The notes under the pieces were generated by a model. It did not search any database, had not been told where the DNA came from, and was given only the letters and a program-made list of their open reading frames with translations. A stretch of DNA of 64,000 bases from the NCBI RefSeq assembly GCF_009914755.1, contig NC_060932.1; one strand, given 5' to 3'. Shown here piece by piece: positions 52,686 through 64,000 of the stretch. How positions within the stretch are numbered: the first letter of the stretch is position 1; each line of letters starts with the position of its first letter. Source of the DNA: the human T2T-CHM13v2.0 reference genome, Homo sapiens. A program made the position numbers and the translations under genes.

Positions 52686-52916
52686 CTCAGTATCTTGTCA
52701 TCACCCATGGTTCTTCTCAAGGTGACAGCTTTCTCTTTGATGGTGGAAGCATACTCTTCAGGCAGAAACTCATGCCTTACAAACCTTCGGTAAGGCAGAA
52801 GCCATGGCCCGAGCAAAGGGAAGAGGGTTTGCCTCTCGCCTATTGAGTTCCCACTACTTATTCTCACGTCCTCTTTGTTTCCATGGGCCCATGATAAAAG
52901 TGCATGTGTATAATTT
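52686..52916 (-). other. Candidate 231-nt internal exon of an unidentified minus-strand transcript
   Basis: Minus strand: acceptor tatttattttctcctgcag| and donor gag|gtaaac; apparently non-repeat sequence; one frame stays open across it. Confidence 0.3.
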
Positions 52917-53123
52917 CTGCAGGAGAAAATAAATATTCTAATCACCTATTGAAGATGCATTATTTTGTGTAACCAGGGTGCTTAGGAGCCATTGAAAGTT
53001 CTGAAAGGACGGGAGAATGAGAATCTGTTCTTAAGAGACGACCACTCTGAGTAACTCAGCTGAATGCATCCTATCCATTTATCAATAACTCTAGTTCGCT
53101 TCCTTGGAATGGAGAAGTGTCAG

Positions 53124-53290
53124 CAGTGTTGATTAACCAGGATCACAGACCCATTTTAATAACATGACAAAAAGTGCAGACCTTTTACTCACCAGAAAAA
53201 TGTACCCACAACCAAATTTTGAACATAATGTATTAAGGTTTATGCATCCTGTGAAGTCCATCTATGACCAAAGACTGGTGTTAAAATCTG
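53124..53290. mobile_element. MER103-like hAT DNA transposon fragment
   Basis: cacagaccc...ccagaaaaatgtacccaca...aaattttgaacataat...ctgtgaagtccatctatgacc. Confidence 0.5.
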
Positions 53291-55799
53291 TAAAGTATAA
53301 TATACAATAACGGAAGAGTAAGAAAAAAATAGTTTTGGAAAATTAGATCCTGTGTGAGTCACAAGATATGTATAAGTGACAAAATGTGTGGGGAAGTGAA
53401 GAGATGCTTGAGAAACAGTTTGGAATTTGAAACCGAACTCCGCTGCCTATTCAATGTATTGGCTTAACTAAGACATCTTAACACTCTGAGCCACATTTGG
53501 TGCAGAAAGAATGATAATGTCATTTGCAGCATAAAGGGAATGCCTATAGAAAGCCCAGCACAAGGTCTGCCAGATAGGACTTAGTGCATTTGTTTAATGG
53601 AAATTAAATCAGCAATTATTTTCTGAATATATTTTATGTGCCTAGCTATATGATAGTCATAAAAAGAGGCTTGCACCAAATACCAGATGTGGTAAGCATT
53701 GAATGTGTCATTGAACTGATCTCAGCCAAACATATACATCATTGTTCTTGCTTTAAAAATGCTTGAGAAGATAGAATAAAAGCATGGCAGTGCTTAAAGA
53801 GACAATAGTACTTTCCTCCATTTATACTGGAGTTTCAGAGCTGGAGCTGGGATGACAACAGGGGTATCCAGGCCCTCTGTATTCTTTCCATTCCAGTATT
53901 TTATGAAGAAGCTAAAAATTCAATGTGTTTCCATTGGATGAGATAAAAATAAAAGCCTCAGGGAACACAACTGCGATCCTGGACCAGGAGAGATTCTGCA
54001 ACATACTGCTGTAAGAGAAGCCTGGAGACAAGAGCTGCCATTTCCAACCAAGCCATAAACCTCTCCTCAGAGGTAAAGAGAAAATAGCAATGGGACTTAT
54101 GAGTAGTCCGCTGTGGAGTCCAGATGCTTGCTTGTTTTTAAATCGATGTTCCCAGCTTTGTCATGAAACATTACCTGTGTTAACCTTTGCAACTTTTCAA
54201 AAAAGTTGTATGTTATTATTGGTTAAAGAAACAATGATAACTCTTTTACCTACTCACAAGGCCATAGTGGGGAGTAAATGAGACTCCCAGATAAAATATG
54301 TTTTATGGAGTGACTGGCATATAATAGGGTCTCAAAAATACATTAGTGTCATCCCTCTCCCAGGTGCTCCTGTCTCCAGCTCCTGGTGTGGCATCCTCCA
54401 ATCCACATCCCTGGATGGAACACATGCTAGATACTCTCAGTCCCTCATAACTGGAAAACGAACCATTGTCAATCAAGTGGGTGCTCCCCTGTCCTGCAGG
54501 AATCTTCATCAACATGCAAACCCACTATCTCCAGAAACACTTTAGCAGTATGAATTATTGCAAAGTGCCACAGCTGGTTACCTGATAACATTGGGTCTGG
54601 GAACAGGGCAGATTATTCATGGGAAAGAAACAGATGTGAAAAGAGAGGGAGTTCACATCTTCCTCAGGAACTGGAGGCATAGAAGTCTCCTTATGTACTC
54701 TAAGGAAATGAATAGAGTCTACCCAGCTTTGAGCTAAAGATGTTCCTTTTGTGAGAATAAATGTGAAATTAGACTATGTTGTCTACAATTTAAGATACAT
54801 AAACATTAATCCATAAGATGCATAACAAACTTCAGGTCTTTGACGGTCTTTATAGTAATTTTTAATATGCACTAACAAGTCTCATTGCTTTAAATGATAT
54901 AATTTTGTCATTTGTTAAATTAAAAACCTGGAGTAACCCTGATTAATGAGATACAATTTGTGCAGTTCTGATAACATTTTTAAAATGTAGTATTCATGGT
55001 ATATAATTTTCAAGCTGCTTTCATTGAATTCTTTGAATTGTTTGGCCAAACCACTAGAGGGGAAAAAAATGGGTATATTATCAACCCTAGCATCAAAGAG
55101 AGAATGTGCTAGGGTAGAAAAATCATGGGAATAGGAGGTAGAGCAGCTATATTTTCTTCAAGTTCAGATTTTGCCTTTATTAATTCCTTGAAGAACCCTG
55201 TCTTATTGTTCTTTGCACATCTAGCATTTGGTTAATATTTTATGATTCTGTGAGTTACTGAAAGAATAAATCAATGACTTACTTTTCTATTTCTGAGTGT
55301 CATTAGTCTGTTAAAAGGTGTCATGCTTTACCTACCTCACAGAGTGGATTCAAGAGATAAACGATAGTTTGTGCAGGGAAAGGGGAGAGTCGTAAGAAAG
55401 AGAAAGGAAAATCAGCATTTATTGAGTGTCTATCTTGTGTCTGACCCTGAGCTGGGCATTGAAATATGCTACATAATGCAATATTCACAATAAAATTATT
55501 AAGATGCTAGTTCCATTGTCATTTTATAGAAAAGGGAAATTAACATATTTGCTTCCAGAGAAGGTAAATTATTTGCCCAAAGTCACAGAATGAATAAAAC
55601 CACAATTTGCATCTAAGTCTCTTTCCACCACCCAAATTTAAAAGAGGTCAGATTCGTGTTGTTGAGATATGTTAATAATGAATTAATTTATTTACATAAG
55701 GGAAAGAAAGGCTGTGTAGACACTTGGAAGCTCTGCCCTGCTCTCTTATTCTGTGAGCAGCATTCCCCTTTGCAGCCAAGAAAAGCTGCTGCTTATTTC

Positions 55800-56260
55800 A
55801 ATCAGGTAGTCTAGTTAGGGCTGCCTGTGATGGTCTTTCAGGAGTCTCTCCACCCATGGCTCAAGCGATGGTCCAGGAAGCCAGCAGAGAAATAAGGAGA
55901 TGGGGGTGCAGAAGAGGATGCACATATAATCAAAGCAGGCCACCCCGAATCTTTCCCAGAACTGTTTTTGAATGGAGCTGAGGCAGTACATTCAGTCTTT
56001 CCCTGGAGGTAGAATTGTGAGCTGGGATTTGCAGAGGAGGCCAAATGCCATCTTTCTAGCTCCATGGAAGAAGCCCCACATGAGAGGCCACTGGACAGCA
56101 GGAGATGAGAGAGGCCAACAGAGGCGGTGGTGGCACTTGTGCTCTGGTTCCAGCTGTCTGGCCCCCTAATGAATCCCTGTTTCTCTGAGTGGTTTGGTGA
56201 GGCTTCCTTTAAATTCCTGTTTCAAACAAATGAGTGGAGTTGAGCTTCTGGCATTTAACA
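55800..56260 (+). mobile_element. Old MLT1 (K/L-like) LTR fragment
   Basis: gccatctttctagctccatggaagaagcc...ctctggttccagctgtc...taaattcctgttt...gagttgagcttctggcattt. Confidence 0.5.
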
Positions 56261-59200
56261 TGGCCTGTTTTATTTACAAGTGTCCTAAGTCCATTTAGGA
56301 TAGATGAAGGCAAAGTTGAAACAAAAACCCAATGCCACAGCGGGGCAGGCACTTGGCTACAAAGAGTAATGCAGACAAAGGCGGAGGTGCCATAGCCACT
56401 AGGACACAGAGACAGTCATTGACCAAACTCTATCTCTGCCACTTAGACTTGTTTACCATTCAGATTAGGAAGACAACATTACTGTTGGTGGAAGGAAATG
56501 TGTAGGATAGGCTCCAGGCTCCAGGGCCCTTGGGCTCCAAGATCTTTGGCAAAGTCTGTTTATTCCCCCAATCCCCTACCAATCCATTGCCTTTTTGATA
56601 ATCATTCATGCTTTCTAATTTATTGACTACTACCAATATGGCATTCTGATAGGCTCCAAAAGATTGGGAAGACAGAAGGTGTTTCCCTTGAAGAATTTTC
56701 AATCTGGTAGAAATGATGTTTAAGCACAATGAACTACAGTAGCATGTAACCAAATTAAGAAGCCTATACCTCTTCACTCAGAGATTTTGGTCTAGAAATC
56801 CATTCTACGGAAACCCTTGAAAGTCTCCCCAGAGCTGAGCATTCAGTATATGCCTCTTTACCAGTGCAACAAAAACTCTTATGTGGTCATCAATTAATTA
56901 AAATAAATTAAAGAGATAAATCTTAGGTTTTTATTTTATCTTAAATTAGGAGCATGTAAGTGCATATAATTTGTAATTGTTTTTTTACAAAGCATCAAGG
57001 CCATGTCTTTGAGAAAGGGTCTATCACTTGGCATTCAGAGTTGTCTTCCTACATAAACTGACTGTATAATGAACCCTCTGTAATTGCCATATCCACTTTC
57101 ATTAAACGGAAGTAATTCTTGGCAGTTTTATAATCTTCTATCACAAATGAAGGCACTATATCTCTCAAGCCATAAGCAATATTTATATGAGCACACCAGG
57201 AGGGTAGGAAAGCCACTCTGACCACTGGCTCTAAATTTCATTATTTATCAAATTCTACATAACCTTGGCTGTAGGGTTTGAGATGGCAATAAACTTCTCA
57301 GTCTTTAATCAGCAGAGAATTATTGAACATCAATTTTAAGCTAAGCAGTATGTTGAGCTCTGTGAGGAGGTGAGCAAAACAGATCTCACCCTTACCTTCA
57401 AGGAAATGGCATTGCTGTGGGAGAGAATCATTATGAAAACTGTGAGAAAGAAATGTAATGGAAAAGTTAGAGGTGCTATGAGAAAAAACATGTCAGTGAC
57501 AACTGCTTCTTTAGAACATAACTGCATTGAGGCCAGCATGTCCACTCTGCAACCTCACACTTGGCCTTCCAGTCCATACATAAACTCTTGCTGAGTGAAT
57601 TGTATCCAAGAAGAAGACTCCCGAACTCAAGCAAAGAGGAATCTTTAAAATTGTTAAAACTGATTTGCTGGACAAAACAAAACAAAATAAAGCTTTTGAG
57701 ACATTTATAGGCTAATGACATTTCTTAAGTTTCAATTATTAGTAAGTAGCAGATCTAAGATTTGAACCCAGGTAGATCTGAACCCAAGGCCAGGATCTAC
57801 CCAGATGCTGTCCAGGATGCCTCCCTACTCTCTATCAACTGCCAGGGACTCTTGGATAAGTTATGCCCTTTCTTTGCAAGGATGGTTTGTATATGACAGC
57901 TGGATCATAGGAAAGGCTGCATCATTGTCAGACGCCATGTGTTCATTTTCACTGTGCTGCTCAGCTTTACTGGCTCCAATTCCATCACAGGCCTGTTGGA
58001 AATATCTACACCAAAGATGTCCATCTGCTACAAAAGCCCTCCCATTGTTTCGTAGCTATGGTAAATAACACTTACAGTGTCTCCATTTGACTGTATTTGA
58101 ATAAGCAGGCAGCATTATGGTGTGAAAAAAAAGAATGAGACATGAAATCTCACCAAACTCTTCATCAGACATCAGATGTGTCATTTCACCTCATTGAACT
58201 TCAATGTTGAAAGAGTGGTCATCCATCATTACTTCATTCACTCAGTCATTCAACAAGTGTTCATTGGTACCTATGTGTGTCAGGCCATTTTCTGAGATTG
58301 TATACACTTATTTATCTTTTCAATACTCCCGAGAGAATAACATAATAGGCATTCTGCAAAAGTTTGCTGCATAAATAGACAAATAAAATAAATTAAAAAT
58401 GAATATTCTTGAAAAAGTTAATGATTTTGCATGAGTGAGATATTTTATAAAATGTTCAATTATTTTTTATTATAAAAAGTAACATTACCAAAAAAGTGAA
58501 AAATAAAAAATCCACTGTACTACGATCTTAATATAACCACAATCTTTAGCAATGTGTAATATTTATTTTGTTTGCTTTTTCATTCATATATAACCAATAT
58601 ACCAATATAACATGTACTTTGCATTTGTTAAATGCAAACAAAGGAAAGAAATGTGGTGAGCATGTGCTATGGCACAGTGAAGAGGGCCAGAGATAGAAAA
58701 ATAAGTAAGTTTCTACCATCAGTGAGCTAAAATTCCAATACTAGAGAAAGGTCAAAAGTACAATTCAATGCGATGAGTATCTTCTTAATGGAAGTACATA
58801 TATAATGTTCTTCTTGAACATGGTGCATCATTTTCTTAAGGCATTTGAAAAAAAACCTTTGAGCTGGGACTTGCAGAATGACTTGCAAATAAGCAGGGAC
58901 AGGACTTAGAGGTCAAAAGAATAGAATGGAGAAGCATGAAGATGCCAAAGTGCCCAGTGTTTCACAGATAATGAGCCCAGCACAGGGGGGAGAAGAGGAG
59001 GAGATGTGTCTGACTGGGGATAATGACAACAGCTGAAAGACCCAGAGTGTCAGCCACCATTCCAAACATGGGCAGTGATTAGCTGATTTTATTTTACCAC
59101 TCTCATTCTCAGTTTCTGTGCACAAAGAAACTGAGGGACAAAAAAAATTCGGAAACTTGACTAAGGTGCAAAGGTAGGAAGTGTGGAGGGCAGGATCTGG

Positions 59201-61015
59201 AGTGACAACATGTCTGAGAAACTCAACCTCCAATCAGAAAGTGTTTTGGAGTAAAGTAACCATCATAAAAGGTACACTGCATCTATCTTTCCCCTGTGGA
59301 TTGTGCAGGATTTGAGAGAGCGCTCACACGTAGTAAAATATTTGCATGCCCCCTGGAAAACCCCTAACTCAATTTTCTTTCTGGCAAGCATATTCTCTTT
59401 CAGCTGGGCTTTACTCAAAGTCTCATAAGGAGCCGCCGGAACTGGCAGCAGGTAGGCGTTTTAGGCACTGACACCTCATTAACAGGACCCATGTCTCTTC
59501 TTGGCATCTTTGTCCTTTCTTCTCTCCCAATATCACCTTTGCTGGCACACCCTGGCTATAATGAGCCACCTCCATCTGAAGAATCTAGCAGCTTTGCATA
59601 CAGGGCAGGCAGGGCAGGGTAGCTCAGTGCCAGCTCTGCACTGGCTAACAACACTCTAGTTTGAAATAAACACAGGAAGCTGCGACACAAAAATGTATTG
59701 ACTAATGTCATCTCCCACCCCTGCAGTAATCTTACATCTGTTTTCTTGGGAATCGAAGATTTTTTTTTTTTTTTGTGAATGCTGGATAACTATGTCATTC
59801 TAGAGAATTTACCAGGTATATATATATATATAATCACTTTATTTGTCATCATTTTCTACCAGTTCACTGTCCTATCCTTTTATTCTTAACATCTTGCTTA
59901 ATTTGAAGTATGGCACTAAAAAATTAGTGGGAACAACTACTCACTCTATTATGACATGGAAGGTATAGGATGAAATGGTGACCAGGGTATTGAGAAAAAG
60001 ATCTATGTAGAATAATCGGTTCAGCCATCTTATTCTTTGGAAGAAAACAAAAATGAGTCTCCTCCTGTCCATTCCTGGGCTGTCCAGGAATGTCCCTGGG
60101 CTGTCCCTGCTCTAAAACACTCAGGAGGCTTGCCTTGCATTTCACTTTCCGGAAGTCTCTTTAATTACCTTCTCTTCTACCAGGCTATCAGTGCTTCTAC
60201 ATTATAAACAGTCTTGTTTTCCTATACCCAGTCAGCAGCCAACAGAACTAGGCACATAATAAAATTAAAAGCTACATTTATGCAGTACCACATGCCATCA
60301 ATGACTCTAGGGGCTTTAAGTGGATTCTCTAATTTATCCTTCATATTTCCCTCCACAGTGGATGATATGATATCCCCACTGCACAGATGGGGAGCAAGTA
60401 TAGCTCAGAAGCATCAAAGCCAGTGTTGCAAACCAGGGTGTCTGGCTCAGGAGCCCATTCTCTTAATCACTAGTTTCTACTGAGCTCAAGAAACATATAC
60501 TTGGGGACTTAAAGGCAGGGGAAGAAGGTTAGCCTAAAAATAAAATATTTTTCAGGCACATTCTAGCTAGAGGGAGCTACATCTAAAGGATGGCTGTGTG
60601 AAGAATTGAAAAGTCTTGTTCTAGTAAACTCAAAAAAAAGTTAAAATAAAACAAAGGCAACTGGTTCTTGAGATGCAGATTTTGGCTCAAAATAAGGGAG
60701 AACTTTCTAAAAGTCAGAACTATCAAAGCAAGGGATCAACTGAAGAGTGTCAGATTCTATGGTGCTGGGGATTTCACACATTGTAGAAGAAAGTTTGTCA
60801 GAGATCCTGTGGAAAACTTTTGCATACTGGCCAGAGATTGGAGGACCTCTAAGGTTTCGTGCAACTCATTTCAACATGCATGGAATGCACGTGCCTAGCA
60901 ATAATTAGTTGATTCCTAGTAAACATTTGTTAAATAAATGGAGGAACTATGTTTGCCCTGACAAGAGAGGAGGATGCAGAATGCACCCCATGGAATTATA
61001 AATTCTGGAGTCAAT

Positions 61016-61025
61016 CCATATTAGG
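61016..61025. promoter_or_regulatory. CArG box (SRF motif)
   Basis: CCATATTAGG, identical to the c-fos serum response element core; motif match only. Confidence 0.3.
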
Positions 61026-61124
61026 TGTCCAGTACTTCCCAAACTCTGCTACTTGGTAGTTCCTATAAAATCATTTATCGATATTCTTCTCAAGGCTCAG
61101 TGAACAGAAATGTCTCCTAACAGC

Positions 61125-61352
61125 AGCCATTGCTAACATGAATTAAGTGCTCCCTAGTGGTAGGTCCTGGATATTTGCATATATCATCTCATTTTACTGT
61201 TGAATGACAGAATGAGGTTGATATCATTTATTGGCCCCATTTTACAGACAAAGAAACTGAGGTTAAGTAACCCACCCAAAGCCACAGAGCTAGTAAATGA
61301 AGTCAGAATCTGCATTCGAGCCCCAGAGCCTGTACTCCTATCCACTGCATTA
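61125..61352 (-). mobile_element. MIR SINE
   Basis: ccccattttacagacaaagaaactgaggttaagtaacccacccaaagccacagagctagtaaatg. Confidence 0.85.
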
Positions 61353-61842
61353 GAGTAATCACCATCATGATTCTTAGGCAACTACTCTGTATAGGAAGTG
61401 CATGAGGTGCTTTATGCACCGCAACATCTAATCACCACACCAAATACATAAGACGAATACCACACCTCTGATTTTAAAGTCAGAGAGTTCAAATGATTAA
61501 CCAAAGTTACACAGCAATTAAAGGGCATGGTCAGGACACAGCTTAGTTTTGCCTACGCTATGATCCTAGTGGAACTGAATATTTTGGAATGCAGTGCTGG
61601 AGATTGGGAGCATTTTTCCCACTCTACATTTTGTCAATGCTTTAGCTTATTTGGTCCTGCCTACCCTTTAAAACCCAGTAAATATGTCACTACAATTGAG
61701 CACTTTCCCCTTTTTTCTCCTGCCCTAGAAATACACAATTAACTTCTCCTGGTTTGTTGGAATATCTACAGTACTGACAAATAGACATTTTTTATGGTGG
61801 TCGTTTGCTTCTAGAAGATATATATATATTTTACTGTATGGA

Positions 61843-62192
61843 TGTCTAAGTCCATTTGGGCTCCTATAACAAAGTGTCATAGGCTGAGTGACTCGTAAAC
61901 AACAGAAATGTATTTCTCATAGTTCTGGAGACTGGAAGTCCAAAATAAAGTTGCCAGCAGATTCAGTGTCTGCTGAAGGTCCAGGTTCATAGACAGTCAT
62001 TTTCTCACTATAGCCTCACATAGCAGAAAGAGCAAGGGAACTCTCCAGGGTCTCTTTAGTAAGGACACTAATCCCCTTCATGAGGGCTCTGCCTTCATGA
62101 TCTAAAAGCCCCACCTCCTAATGCCAATATAGTGGAGGTTAGGATTTAGCATATACATTTTTGGAGAAGACATAAACATTTGATTTATAGCA
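61843..62192 (-). mobile_element. MLT1A0-like solo LTR
   Basis: tgtctaagtccatttgggctcctataacaaa...aacaacagaaatgtatttctcatagttctggagactggaagtccaa...cactaatccccttcatgagggctctgcc...tatagca. Confidence 0.87.
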
Positions 62193-62199
62193 AATAAGA

Positions 62200-63060
<861 letters not shown>

Positions 63061-64000
63061 TTCCTTCCAATGCTTTAGAGCTATTAGATTCTTGTGCTTC
63101 CACTGCTAGCGTACAAGTTCCTTAAGGGCAGGAATCACATAACTCACTCATTCTGTAATCCAACACCCAGCACGCAACCTGCTTCGTAGTAGATGGGCAG
63201 CAATGTCTACAAATAAAACCAAACTTTGCCAGTAGTTACTGGGAGTAATCAGCAAACAATCTCTGGAGAATTTAACCCTTTTTGTTAAGGTGGGATATGT
63301 GTGTCTGCAATGATGTGATGCTAGGGCTAACTTAGTCTCACTGCTCCAAGGTCCAGATTTTCAGCCAAACTTTCCCTGGAGAACAGTGCTCTAACTGAGC
63401 CGTCACCTTATGTCTGCTCATTGAACACCTGCAGCCTGCCTCTTCATATCATGTAAACATATCACCTCTTTTCTGAGAGAGGGACCCAGAAATTTACAAA
63501 ATGTACAGACAAGTTGCCTTCAGTGTTTCAACTTCAAAAACTTTTATTCTTTAACACTACAACTTCAGAAAAGAAGCTTAACTTCTTTTGAGACATTTTT
63601 GTCACCAGAGTGAAGATAATAATAGTACTACTATACTAGGGGTGACTTATACCTCCCCATATGGAATGAAGCCACTCTCCAGGTGCAGGTTTAGGGGCTA
63701 ATGTATATTTCCAGTATCACTGAGACCTCTTTAACAATCACTGCTAAGATATCGCGCATCCCTACTAGGCAATTTACCCTAAGGGTATTTAGATGTACTT
63801 CATTTCACTCACCTCAATTACTCAAATTTGTCTCAAAATATTCTACAGCATGGACATTTTGCTACATGTTTCCACCCTTTGCCAGAATTATTAATTCATC
63901 AATTCACTCATTTGTTTTAAAAATAGCTAACATTTATGGAATATTTACCATCTGCCATGCATTGTGCTAAATGCCTTACATATGGTATATTATTTAATAC

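Noticed and set aside
55051-55066. CTCF-like CCACTAGAGGGG (also CCACTAGAGGTG near 15807 and GCAGCAGGTAGGCG near 59444)
   Set aside because: Each breaks the conserved GGC end or the spacing of the core motif, so they are too weak without ChIP data.

Overview
This is human non-coding genomic DNA (intronic or intergenic); the species call rests on an AluYb8-type insertion, a human-specific lineage. It is AT-rich, CpG-depleted and largely made of interspersed repeats. These include 11 Alus, many MaLR/ERV LTRs (THE1A, a complete THE1C-like provirus, a decayed MLT1H-like provirus, MSTA, MLT1/MLT2, MER9, MER50, LTR16- and LTR47-like), L1M and L2 fragments, MIRs and hAT DNA-transposon relics. I found no protein-coding gene, RNA gene or CRISPR array, and nothing that supports a new biological system. 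The listed ORFs are chance frames or repeat-derived. The most notable observations are: a four-level nested insertion with target-site duplications (TSDs) at its three inner levels; a young 5'-truncated AluYb8; an LTR-less ERVL pol fragment inside an L2; local templated duplications; five perfect DUX4 motifs; a CTCF-like site; and a speculative minus-strand spliced transcript at 48.5-52.9 kb. Repeat subfamily names come from my recollection of consensus sequences and need RepeatMasker/Dfam confirmation. Boundaries of old elements are approximate.
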